Notes: generated from the letters alone by a model not told the origin. A DNA stretch of 64,000 nucleotides from Octopus sinensis (GCF_006345805.1 NC_043005.1:4154001-4218000), one strand, 5' to 3'; positions 21,375-34,230 are shown, counted from the stretch's first letter. Program-made: numbers and translations.

Positions 21375-24098
21375 TGAAACGAACTTAGCGTGAGTGAATA
21401 GTCTTGTCTTGTACTTTCGGGGTACAAGAAAGCAATCACTCACAAGCCGTTGCTTTAATAATCCAGAATCTCTACTAGTCAGAAACAACAAGACGCAGAC
21501 GTAAAATATACATATAACTACTTTATTCTCTTTCTTGGTAACAATCAATAATAAGTGTGTTATCTGATGTCCTTGATTCTGGGCGCGCAAGGCTGAAAGT
21601 TAATAGATTGTAATATTTACAATGTCCAGCCGCTAAACCAGAAAGGGGTCAAGATGGCGTCGAACAGGAAAGTTGAATGTGGTCGGCAACAATTTGGTTA
21701 AAGGCATTCGGCCGACTGCTGCTATCAACCGGAGAGAATATATGCGTGACCGCCGCCTTCAATCGCTGGGTCCCAAGTCGCCGCTTGCTGCTGCTAGTGG
21801 TCAAACGTTCTACGATCCCCCTGCCTTGGCCAGGGTCGTGCTTCCGGTGGTTCGCGCATGCGCGAGAGGGCCCTTCCTTTCTGTGCCTTGGTAAAGGCAC
21901 CAACACGCGCGAAATACAAATGGACGGTGCGCGAGCGCGCACCGCTATAGGGTCACTACAGGCTCCCCTCCAGTGCGTACGCACGAAAGGAAACTTATTG
22001 TAGTGACTGCAAAACTCAAGGTGGACACCAGATAACCAAATAGCACACAACAATATAATGGCAAAATTTATAACATACACAAAAAATTTACTAAAGGAAA
22101 AAGAGAAAAAATACTCAATGAGCAAAAATCAAGAGTGCATGCATGAAAGTGTATACGTCACAAAGTATAGAGCCTTACGCTGAAGGGAGCGGAAGGAAAG
22201 CAAAAACTCACAGTTAATGAACCTAAACGAAATTAAAATCCAACTTCTCTAAAGGTGGTTGATCCTGCAAAATAGCAGTTAAATCAATTGCTGCAGGAGA
22301 GGAAATGGAATTGACAGAAGCTCGCTAGTAACACAAAAGGCAAAAGTGCAAACAGCTGGTGTGATGCGCGACACAGATAATTTTCTGTTAATTACGTGAC
22401 CAAACAGTGGTCTAACAGGGAAAAATAGTTACGCCTATAAATCGGCGCAGCGCATTTGAACATCCGACGTCTATGAGTCGGGAAAAGAATTAGGCTAACA
22501 CAAACGTGTTGCAAAAAAACAAGGCAATACACGTGCGAAGCAAAAGGCGCATGAAATGCAATAGTGCTTGCCAGACCAAAAAACAGCAAGAATATGCCAG
22601 TGGTTAAGCGATTATATGCCTCGTTCGTACAGGAACAAAGGTATGACATGCTGGCGCGTTATAATGGACAAACAACCCTCTCTATGTATACGTGACCGCT
22701 AGGGTCTATAGAAATGAGGGGTGTCCACAAAAGGCAAATTTAGCATGGAAAAAACAAGCGAGAAAAGCATGTGTGACGTATGTATGTGAGAGAGAGCATT
22801 TATGTGTGTGTACGTGTGTGCGACAGAAATACATACAAAGGTGAATGCGAGCAAAAATATAAAAGAATATACAGCGCATAGAAAAAATGTCTCTCGGGGC
22901 TATTCCAGACAAGAGTTAATTTACCAGTCTGTAATAGCCTGAAGTACAATAGCAGTTCGTTCTGTAACAGAAATGTTGAGATCACAAATGCAGATGCCGA
23001 TTGAACACATATCGTGTCGCGGTTGTGGCTTCAATGCTGTGACAGGTTAACTGGAACAGAAGAAATCTCGTAGATAGTGCTGGGCTGTGAATTCTTGGTG
23101 TGCTAATGCACAAACGGCAAGTGGACCAAACTTCCGTGAGTTGCTATGTACATCTTGGTGGAGGTCGACGGTGTTGAAAGGCGACGGTGGTGGTGGAAGG
23201 CGACTGTAGTGGACTTGGGACAACATCGTTCTTAGTGATGATGGCGACGAAGATAGCGACGACGTGAAGTAGAAAGACGACGATGATGATGACGAAGGTG
23301 GAGAAATAGCATCGTTGATATGATGGCGTTCGTCATCATGGCTGTAGAATAAGAAAGAGGCTCCTTCTACAACTGTTCGTGGTGGCCGGAAACAAATCGT
23401 CGAAAGATGATGCGTAGAGTTAAATCGTGTTCCGACTTCGCAGAAAAACTGGATTTTTTTTTGTTGATAAGTGATCTCTGGTTTTAGACCAGAATCATGT
23501 CGGGGTCACCAGTGAAACAAACTTAGCGTGAGTGAATAGTCTTGTCTTGTACTTTCGGGGTACAAGAAAGCAATCACTCACAAGCCGTTGCTTTAATAAT
23601 CCAGAATCCCTACTAGTCAGAAACAACAAGACGCAGACGTAAAATATACATATAACTACTTTATTCTCTTTCTTGGTAACAATCAATAATAAGTGTGTTA
23701 TCTGATGTCCCTGATTCTGGGCGCGCAAGGCTGAAAGTTAATAGATTGTAATATTTACAATGTTCAGCCGCTAAACCAGAAAGGGGTCAAGATGGCGTCG
23801 AACAGGGAAGTTGAATGTGGTCGGCAACAATTTGGTTAAAGGCATTCGGCCGACTGCTGCTATCAACCGGAGAGAATATATGCGTGACCGCCGCCTTCAA
23901 TCGCTGGGTCCCAAGTCGCCGCTTGCTGCTGCTAGTGGTCAAACGTTCTACGATCCCCCTGCCTTGGCCAGGGTCGTGCTTCCGGTGGTTCGCGCATGCG
24001 CGAGAGGGCCCTTCCTTTCTGTGCCTTGGTAAAGGCACCAACACGCGCGAAATACAAATGGACGGTGCGCGAGCGCGCACCGCTATAGGGTCACTACA
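21375..24098 (-). mobile_element. Non-autonomous LTR retroelement (Gypsy-type signals, no pol)
   Basis: Two 586-bp LTRs (21375-21960, 23513-24098) with TG...CA ends and about 5 substitutions. AATC TSD at 21371-21374 and 24099-24102. PBS at 23494-23511. PPT GGAGGGGAGCC next to the 3' LTR. Confidence 0.95.
23494..23511 (-). other. Primer binding site complementary to the tRNA-Trp 3' end
   Basis: Forward atcatgtcggggtcacca matches the metazoan tRNA-Trp 3' end as I recall it (ATCACGTCGGGGTCACCA) at 17/18 nt, and lies 1 nt from the LTR. Confidence 0.85.
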
Positions 24099-24753
24099 AA
24101 TCTGACTTTTCAAGACTTCATGTGAAACTGGATCTAACAGCATCATCTTTGGTGTATTTTTTTCTTAGCAAGACCACCACTATGTCTTCAGTGCATTTTA
24201 GCCACTAAAGACAGATGGTTGATGGTTGATGGTACACATCAAACTGGACACAGAAGCTGGCTAGAATGCTGTCACAATACAAAAAACACAATGGCTGGAT
24301 GGTGATAGCAACACAAGGATCAGTTAACATCATGACAGTGACTACTCTCATACTAAGTCCAGGAACAATGAGCTTCAAACTACCTCGGTTCTTATTGTTT
24401 GTAGTTATGATATTTTTTTGTTTATGATGTAAATTAATATTTTTTAAAATCAAAAATCTCAATTGTAACAAATTAATTGTTTTAGGTGCCTGTGTAGTTA
24501 CAAGCAGACATAGACATTTTCTTGGCCCTCTCAATATTTCACTCAATGGTGCATCCAGGATGTGGGAGCTGGGAGGAGAGAGAGAGAGCTGAGCTAGCAT
24601 CTGGTTGGTACTTATTGCTGAGTAGACTGAAGCAATGGAAAACGAAATGCTTTGTTGAAGGACAAAATACTCTGATTCAAGAATTGAACCTGTGGCCATA
24701 AGATCATGAACTGAACCATGTAACTGCTATGACATGCACCTTCACTTGAGGTG

Positions 24754-25140
24754 CAGGAGTGGTTGTGTGGTAAGAAGCTGGCAGAAACGTGAGCACATTG
24801 GGCGAAATGCTTAGCAGTATTTCCTCTGTCTTTACTTTCTGAGTTCAAATTCCACTGAGGTCAACTTTGCCTTTCATCCTTTTGAAGTCGATTAAATAAG
24901 TACCAATTACACACTGGATCGATATAATCAACTTAATCCGTTTGTCTGTCTTTGTTTGTCCCCTCTGTGTGTAGCCCCTTGTGGGCAGCAAAGAAATAAG
25001 AAGCTTGCTTCCCAACCACATGGTTCTGAGTTCAGTCCCACTGCATAGCACCTTGGGCAAGTGTCTTCTACTATAGCGTTGGGCTGACCAAAGCCTTGTG
25101 AGTGGATTTAGTAGACAGAAACTGAAAAAATCCCATCGTA
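24754..25140 (+). mobile_element. SINE nested inside another SINE head
   Basis: The host gtggttgtgtggtaagaagct|tgcttcccaaccac is split by a ~220-bp SINE. taagaagct occurs on both sides. Confidence 0.8.
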
Positions 25141-26132
25141 TCATCATCATCATCATCATCATCATTTAACGTCCGTTTTCCATGCTAGCATGGGTTGGAC
25201 AGTTCGACCAGGGTCTGGGAAGCCAGGAGGTTGCACCAGGCTCCAGTCTGATCTGGCAGTGTTTCTACAGCTGGATGCTCTTCCTAACGCCAACCACTCC
25301 GTGAGAGTAGTGGGTGCTTTTTACGTGCCACCGGCACAGGGGCCAGGGGAGGCTGGCATACAGCCATGATCGGTTGGTGCTTTTTACGTGTCACCGACAC
25401 AGACACCAGTCAGGCGGCACTGGCATCAGCCATGTTTGGATGGTGCTTTTTACGTGATATATATATATATATATATGTATTTGTGTGTTCATGTTTGTCC
25501 CCCACCCCACCACCACCATCGCTTGACACTGATGTTGGTGTGTTTACATCCCCCGTAACTTAGTGGTTTGGCAAAAGTGACCAATAGAATAAGTACTGGG
25601 TTTACAAAGAATAAGTGCTGAGGTCGATTTGTTCGACTACAGGTGGTGCTCCAGCATGGCTAAAGTCAAACAACTGAAATGAGTTAAAGAATAAAAGGAA
25701 TGATTGGAGGCCATCTGTGTTGCTTGTGTTTAATTAACAGATTCCATAACGAACATTAAATAATGTGGTTTATGTGTGGGTACATTGAAACATATTGACA
25801 AATATAGATATATTAAATACAATACAACACAGATTCTTGATTTATTAAAACAATATCTACCTCTAGAGGATGTTTTGTAATTACTAAATAGCAATTAAGA
25901 TCAGCTGCATATGAGATGGGGAGAAAATCTCAAGATTCAAGAATTTTTCCATTAAGGGAAAAATAGGTTTATTGGAGACAAGATGACAGACATGGACGTG
26001 TGTTTCTGCCTCAGTAAGCATCATCAGCTTATTGTCCTAAACAATCTGCAATTGCAAAGGGACTTAGATTTATGCAAAACAGTGCAAAACACATTTGTGC
26101 CTTTGGTAATTTGCATAATTTAAACAATAACA

Positions 26133-26290
<158 letters not shown>

Positions 26291-27124
26291 GATAGACAGA
26301 TAAATAGATAAAGGTATATCAAATACCATACAACATGGATTCTTTTTATTAAAATTTCTGTTCTCTGCTTCTTGAGGATGTATCATAACTACCAAATGGC
26401 AATTAAAACTAGTCTAGGAAAATATATGTACACGCACACACATGCACACACACACACACAAACACACACGTGCATACACACACACACACACACACAAACA
26501 TATACACGCACACACCTATATGTAAGGTACCTACCCATGGCACAAAATATGAATGCTATGTAGAGAAAGCCCCTTACTGTAATTTTAATTCTAATACCTT
26601 GATGCTAATTATATTCAAGGATGGGAGAAGGAAAAATAAAATTACCAGACAAACACATCATTTTGTGTTTGTTTTTCTTAGTATTGATAATATCTCCAGT
26701 TTCTTTTCTCTCTTTCACTCTCTCACACACACACGTATGTTTATGTGTGTGCATTTATATATATATATATATACACATACATACATACATACATATACAT
26801 ATACATATATATAATTATCATCATCAACTTCATTTAATATTCCTTCTTCCATCTTGGCATGAGTTGGACGTTTTGACTGCAATGCAGTGTCTGTATACAC
26901 ACACACACAAATATTATATATACATACATATATATATACACACACACGAATATATATATATATATATACACATACACACACACATATATTTATATATATA
27001 TACATACATATATTAATACACATACATGCACGCCCTGCCATCCACACAGAAATGCAAGTATATGAATATATATATACATAAACATATACACACACACACA
27101 CACACATATATATATATGTACATG

Positions 27125-27227
<103 letters not shown>

Positions 27228-27974
27228 ATACTATTAAGGAACGTGTCTCATGCAGATGAGGATTGTTTTGTTTTCCAGACACTTAACTTTCTGTGCCGTG
27301 GCAAGTTCTCGTGTAAACATACACTTGCTTACATTGCCTTAGAGTACACCTTGAAGACGTAGGGTCACAGCCATCCTTGTTGTGGGTGTTGGTGTCATTA
27401 TCATCATCATCATCATCACCACCACCGCCACCACCACCATCATTATTACTGTCATCATCCCACCCATCATCATTATCGTCCTCATTCCAATTAGATGTTT
27501 TAATTTGAATGTGGTGGTGGTATCTGCAATCCAAGAGGGGAAAGAAGAGACCTGGGTTCTACTCTCCACCCCAAAGTGGAAGATAGAAGAGAAAAAGAAA
27601 GCAAACTTTTGAAAATATTTGAAATCTATTCAGCAGCAAAACCAGAAGTGGAGGGTATGGGGGGCAGGGCTACCCTTTACCCTCGATTTTATCCTCTTCT
27701 TCCTCGTTGTTTCAATGTTCACTTTTCCAGACAATGCAACCTAACTGTTGTTGGACTTTTGTTATGTTTGCAACTGTTGTGAGTTGATACAAATTATCAA
27801 ACTGCCTCTGGCAATTCTACTTGAGCAAACCCAAGATATAAAGATTTCTAGCATAAGATCAAGGGTCACACATATTTAGAGAAAAGGGACTGTCAGCTAT
27901 TGAAGGTCATGTTTTCTAACTGCCAAAAAGAATGAATTCGCAATGCAGCAGCTATACAATGGGTACAGGTTTAG

Positions 27975-29340
27975 GGATGGAAAAAGAAGGGAGATCCAAG
28001 AAGACATGGCATGCCACCCTCAGAGAGGATCTGAAGCACCGTAGCATCACCTGGGACGATGCTCAAAATCTAGAGGATTGAAGATGTCTTGCTGTCTGGT
28101 GGACATGCCAGCTGTTCAGCAAGAACTAAAATGGTAACCAAAACTATACCAAAACTAAATAATCTAATGTTTCTTTCTCCCTCTCTCTCTCTCTGTTTTT
28201 GTTGATCTTCTTCTTCTTCTTCTTCTTCTCCTTCTTTCTCCTCCTCCTCTTCTTCTTCTTCTTCCTCTTTGTCTTCTTCTTCTTCTTCTTCTTCTTCTTC
28301 TTCTTCTACACCATGTCTTCTTTGGCCAGCCTCTTTTTCCCTCAACTTCCTGTGGCATCCAGCCCATGGCTGTTTTAGCAAGCTGCTTCTCTGGCAACCT
28401 TTGTATGTGTCCAGCCATTCTCATTCGTCTCTCAGTTACAATTGCATGCAGGGGCCTTACTCTTGCTGCTTGGAGAATGGTTTCATTTGTCACGCTGTCT
28501 CTATAAGTGATTCTTAGGATCCTTCTGAGGGACTACTGATGAAATACATCATGTTGGCATGTGATTTTTGCTGTCATTTTCCAGGTCTTGGCTGCATAGA
28601 TCTCTATTGCTGTTTTGTAAGGTGAGCTGCCAGAATCATTAGCACACCGGGCAAAATGCTTAGCGGTATTTCATCTGCCTCTATGTTCTGAGTTCAAATT
28701 CCATCAAGGTTGACTTTGCCTTTCATCCTTTCGAGGTCAATTAAATAAGTGCCATTTATGCACTAGGGTCGATATAATCGACTTAATCCATTTTTCTGTC
28801 CTTGTTTGTCCCCTCTGTGTGTAGGCCCTTGTGGGCAGTAAAGAAATAAAAAACATTAGCATGCCAGGCAAAATGCTTAGCGGTATTTAGTATGTCTTTA
28901 TGTTCTGAGTTCAAATTCGGCTGAGGTTGACTTTGTCTTTCATCCTTTCGGAGTCAATAAATTAAGTACCAATTGTATACTGGGGTCAATCTAACTGACT
29001 GGCCCCCTTACCCCAAAAAATTTCAGGCCTTGTGCCTAGAGTAGAAAAGAATATTGCTGTTTTGTATAGATGAATCTTCAGCTCTACATTTATGTCATTG
29101 CTACACCAAAATGTTGTCAGTCTTCTAAATACTGCCACTGCTTTGCCAATTCTGCAGCTTCTGTCTGTGCATTGCCGTTGCTTGTCACTATACTTCCCGG
29201 ATATGTGAAGCTTGTAAATTCATCAACTGGTTCTTGTCCAACTTTCAGTAGTACATTTTCTCCTTGTTTCTCAGCTTGCATTTCCTTTGCTTTTTGACTG
29301 CTGATTCTCAACCCAGTCTTTGCTGCTCTTTTGTACATGG
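27975..29340 (-). mobile_element. Fragmented RTE-type LINE interrupted by SINEs and (CTT)n, with a 3' piece on the opposite strand
   Basis: Minus-strand peptides GLRISSQKAKEM...VDEFTSFTYPGSIVTSNG (29117-29338) and TNETIL...RRMRMAGHIQRLP...GKRGWPKKTW (28307-28493). Plus-strand RSKKTWHATLREDL at 27975-28130. Confidence 0.7.
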
Positions 29341-29527
29341 TAGGTTGTAAATAGCAGGTAATTTGGCTGTTATTTTTAGTTGTTTGATTCCCGCCTTCAC
29401 CTTAGATGCACCTGGTGTTTGTTAAAGGTGGTTTAATTGTCACAGTGAACAGATCAAGTACCTTTATCAAAGCTCTTGAGTTTGTATTAAACAGTATATC
29501 AGAACAATGGACTTGTATATAGGACAA

Positions 29528-29557
29528 ATAATAATAATAATAATAATGATAAAGATG

Positions 29558-29605
<48 letters not shown>

Positions 29606-30045
29606 TACAGAACCAGGCACCGGCTCTCATGGCTTCAGATCTTAACTGATTGGAAATGTTATCATGTACATTGTTTTGTCTTGGTATAAAAGATGGGCTA
29701 CAGCAAATATTCTGCTCAATTCCACAGATTTGCTTGTCAGTTGCTTGACCTTAACCAGTTGAGCATGTCCCTTGGTGGCTGACAATATGTGCATCTCTGA
29801 TCACGAGCAGAAGTAGTGGGGAAGCTTTATAGCCATGGGTTGAGAGGGATTCTTTGGGGTTTGAATGATTCACTTCTGGTAACATGGATGTTATCAATCA
29901 TTTATGAGCAGTAATACCAATGCTCATCATTAAATATAGGTAATACACCAGTGGATTCACTGGATACAAGTATCCCATAGAAGGTTGTTATAACCTCTAA
30001 CTTAACTCAATAATAATAATAACAATAATAATAATAATAATAATA

Positions 30046-30087
<42 letters not shown>

Positions 30088-30143
30088 ATGATGATGATAA
30101 TAATAATGATGATAATGATAATAATAATAATAGATAGATAGAT
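29528..30143. repeat. (ATA)n and (ATA/ATG)n microsatellites flanking a TAA-associated repeat (29605-29900)
   Basis: Directly visible. The inner segment is the reverse complement of part of 9900-10435. Confidence 0.85.
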
Positions 30144-31960
30144 AGATAGCATTCCCCACACATGGATCCTAGAAACACTAGCCATGAACAAGGTAGCATC
30201 AATAATCATAAAACATATAAAACACTCTATGAATAAATGGCAGACAGTGCTACAGCTCCAAACAAAAGAGGGACTCATAAAAACCAAAGCCATCTCCATT
30301 AGAAGAGGAATATTCCAGGGAGACACACTCTCTCCACTCCTTTTCTGCTTGGCACTGACACCTTTATCAAGCATGCTTAAACAGAACTGGATGTGGATAC
30401 AACTGTTACTATAAAACAATCAGTCACCTCATATATGGATGACCTAAAACTGCATGCTACAAATGTTAAGCAGCTGGAAACATCACTACAGACAGTACAT
30501 GGATTTACCAAGGAAATAAATATGAAATTTGACCTAGAAAAATGTGTCAGGGTAACCTTGAAAAGAGGAAAACTAGTTAAGAGTAGCAACATCACATTAG
30601 ATAAAGCAAATGAAATAAGAGAATTAGACCGAAGCCAGACATACAAATACTTAGGAATCAATGAACTAGATACGATTACAGATGAAAGAGAAAATATAAA
30701 AAGAATAGTATAGGCGAGTTAGATTAATACTGAAAACAGCTTAATGCGAAAAACAAGATAATAGATATCATCATTCTTGCCGTCCCAGTTATAAGTTACA
30801 GCTACAATATCCTTAACTGGACACTAAATGAACTAATCAAAATAGACAGGAAAACAAGAAAAATGACAGGATTTAGGATGCACCACCCAAAATCTGACAT
30901 AGAAAGGTTATATATATTACGTATAGAAAGTGGTAGAGGCCTTATACAACTAAAAATACTATTACAAAATAACCAGCATAGGACTACAAAAATACCTACT
31001 TCATAAGCAAGGAAAACTAATACAGATAACCACAAAACAAAAAACTGTTTTCAGTCTTTAAGGAAGTTGACAAATTGACAAATACAAACAAGAAGTCATA
31101 CTACCTAACAACTATGAAGAAAAAGAAGAAACAACAAAAGCTGTAAAACAAATGAAATCCAAGCGAAAACTAGAACAGCAACGGATCATGATAAAATGAT
31201 GGCAAGAAAAGCTCCTTCAAAGCAAATACTGGGCTAATCTAAACGCAAAAGAAATAGACAAAGCAAAATCCCAGCAATGGCTGAGAAGCTCAGGACTCAA
31301 AGCAGAGACAGAGGGATTTTTAATTGTAGCACAAGACCAAAGCCTCCCCACCAGAAATTACCAAAAACATAATAAAAAGAAACATAGCAAGTAACTGCAG
31401 AATATGTAGAGATGGACAAGAAACAATAAATCATATTATCTCTGGCTGCCCAGTCCTGGCTAAGAAGGAATATATTCACAGACATGACAGAGTTGGGACC
31501 TACACACACTGGAAGCTATGCCAACACTATAGAATAACAGAAAAAAGATGGTATAGGCACACTCCAGAAAAGGTCACAGAAAACGAGAAAGCAACCATAC
31601 TCTGGGATATGCCAATACACACAGATAGAGAAATTAAGGCCAACAGACCAGATATAGTTGTCAGAGATCATGAAGAAAAAAATGCTTTCTAATTGATGTA
31701 TCAACACCGGCAGATGACGACGTGTCTCTAAAAGAAATGGAGAAACTTTCAAAATACAAAGACCTGGAAATAGAGGTAACTAGAATGTGGAATCTAAAAA
31801 TAGAAACAATTCCTATCATTGTAGGTGCATTAGGCATGATAAAAAAATATACAGACAAATACATAACAAAAACACCAGGACTTACAAACACATATAACAT
31901 ACAGAAAATTGCACTCCTAGGCACTGCACACATCCTATGTAAAACACTTTCAATATTGTA
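30144..31960 (+). mobile_element. Decayed R4/Dong-clade non-LTR element (RT, zinc knuckle, restriction-like endonuclease)
   Basis: RRGIFQGDTLSPLLFCLAL, YMDD (30432-30443), CRIC...ETINHIISGC, RHD, and RPDIV...LIDV...K..KYKDL...IPIIVGALG. Many stops and frameshifts. Confidence 0.9.
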
Positions 31961-31964
31961 ACTA

Positions 31965-32632
31965 TTAGATAACGATAAAGGGATAAGCGCAGAATCTGTG
32001 GACAAAATGGTGAAACCGTATGGCATTTTACCAGCCAATGTACGCCACTAGCCCAGAAAGAATATAAGAGATGCCACAACAGTATAGCCAGGCTTGTCCG
32101 TTGGACACTTTGCAACAAGTATGGACTTGACAGAACAAAAAATTGGTACAACCACAAACCTGAAGGCATCGTCGAAAATAGAAACACAAAGATCCTATGG
32201 GATTTTATGATTCAGTGCAACCATGAGATGGAGAATAGGAAACCAGACATAGTGTTAATTGAGAAAGAAAGCAAACGATGCTGGATCATAGACATAGCAT
32301 GCCCAGCTGACAACAAGGCATGCGATAAGGAAGAAAGAAAAGTCGATAGATATGACAGGTTAGCTTGGGAAGTTAAGCAGTTGTGGTTGATTAAAAAGTA
32401 GCAGTAGTACCAATAATTGTCGGAGCCCTGGGAACAGTGAGCAAAAATCTTGAGAAGTACGTGGAATAAATAAGGGCTGCAATAAGGGTGGAGCACTTGC
32501 AGGAAACAGCACTGCTTGGAACTGCTCGAATACTCCGGAAGGTGCTTGAAAAATAAGAGGTGTTACCTTAGTTCACTAGTAGTGAACAGCTGACACTGTA
32601 GTACATCTCCAGTGTTAAAAGCTGTGCAAAGG
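31965..32632 (+). mobile_element. Second, divergent R4/Dong-clade 3' fragment with a 3'UTR ending in (AAT)n
   Basis: RICGQNGETVWHFTSQC...ILWDF.IQCNHEMENRKPDIVLIEK...IIDIACP...ALLGTARILRKVL, then a UTR and aataataataat. Confidence 0.88.
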
Positions 32633-32799
32633 CAATAATAATAATAATGATAATGTTTTCTTTATTGGCCACAAGGCCCTAACACAAAGCAAAAAGGGAC
32701 AATACAAGACAAGGGATATAATAATAATGTTTTCATTATTAACTACTGAAGGTTCACAGAAACACTGGGAACAGTACAGAACAATAGAATGTGGGATTA

Positions 32800-33510
32800 C
32801 ATAAAAGATGTATAAAAATAAAACAATAACAATATAACAATGAATAATTCCCCAAAAGAGGGAGTCTTCCTTGGGTTGCTCATGGAAACCCTATAAAAAG
32901 CACTGTCTCCCTGACCACTAAGTAAAATGCCCTCTTCACACTGTCCATCTCCAACTTACAGGTTCAAGTAGGTCTGTTCACTTGCATCATTCTGGCAACA
33001 TTCACCTACCTTTTAACAAAATTGCTGCGATGCAGAACTTTCTTTTTCATCCTCACTTTCCTTTTCAAGTGAAACTTGATAAAATTGATGAGGGCTTGGC
33101 CAAAGAGGTAAGTATCTGTCTTCAGCCCTTTCAATCTGGTCCACCACACAACCTCTTTTGCTAAGGCTGCCAGACAAAGAAAGACAGCCTGCCCTTCCTG
33201 GCAAAGGAAAACTGTGGGTTCAACATAAACCCACATATCGGAAATACATGGGCACTGGACGAGAACATGCAGAACAGTTTTGGCACTCTGTGTGCATCTC
33301 AGGCACGCCCAGCCGATGGCAGTTCCATACCTATAGAATTTATCCCAAACCAACAATGCTTCTGGTAGCACTGCCAGGCCAAGGATTTCTGGAAATTATT
33401 CATAGGCCTCATCCCAAAAGTCATCCAGAACAGACCAGCCAGTTGATTCTTATTGAAGCCCAGAGTCTTTATTAACCACAAAAGGTTTACATTAAGCAAA
33501 ACATTAAGGA
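32800..33510 (-). mobile_element. Decayed Tx1/L1-clade LINE 3' fragment
   Basis: Peptide LAWQCYQK/ALLVWDKFYRYG...CLRCTQSAKTVLHVLVQCPC, a CCHC-like C-terminal motif. Confidence 0.7.
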
Positions 33511-33729
33511 AGGCACAGGACAAAAATATTGAGTGTGTGTGTGTATGTTATTGTGAGGGTTTTGCATGGAAACAGGTAAGAAAAAAGAAGAGGAAAAAAG
33601 CAAATGGTAGTACGGTAATCCCTCAACCATCGCGGATAATGTTCCAAACCTCCCACAGAAATAATTAAAATCTAAAAAAATATAAATACTTACCAGCCAC
33701 AGAAACCCGCGATATACTGAGGAGTCTCT

Positions 33730-34230
33730 CTTTTATTCTTTTACTTGTTTCAGTCATTTGACTGCAGCCATGCTGGAGCACCACCTTTGGTCAAGCAAAT
33801 CGATCCCAGGACTTAATCTTTGTAAGCCTAGTACTTATTCTATCGATGTCTTTTGCTGAACTGCTAAGTTACGGGGGACGTAAGTACATCAGCATCAGTT
33901 GTCAAGCGATGTCGGGGGTACAAACACATACACACACACACATATACACATATATACGACGGGCTTCTTTCAGTTTCCATCTACCAAATCCACTCACAAG
34001 GCTTTGGTCAGCCCGAGGCTATAGTAGAAGACACTTGCCTAAGGTGCCACACGGTGGGGTTGAACCCGGAACCATGTGATTGGTAAGCAAGCTACTTACC
34101 ACACAGCCACTCCTATGCCAAAAGCAAAGCCGACTTTGGCGGAATTTGAACTTAGAACGTAGCAGCAGACGAAATACTGCTAAGCGTTTCGCCCGGCGTG
34201 TTAATGATCCTGCCAGCTCGCTGCCTTCTG
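33730..34230 (-). mobile_element. Adjacent minus-strand tRNA-derived SINEs
   Basis: Reverse complements of the ggctgtgtggtaagtagcttgct and gagctggcag heads and bodies. Confidence 0.8.

Noticed and set aside
21375-21960. Possibility that the LTR element is a retrozyme
   Set aside because: No CTGANGA...GAAA core on either strand of the LTR. The closest is ctgatgt.
21649-22125. ORFs of 73-158 aa in both LTRs
   Set aside because: They overlap on both strands in GC-rich LTR sequence, show no recognisable domain, and one runs out into flanking DNA.
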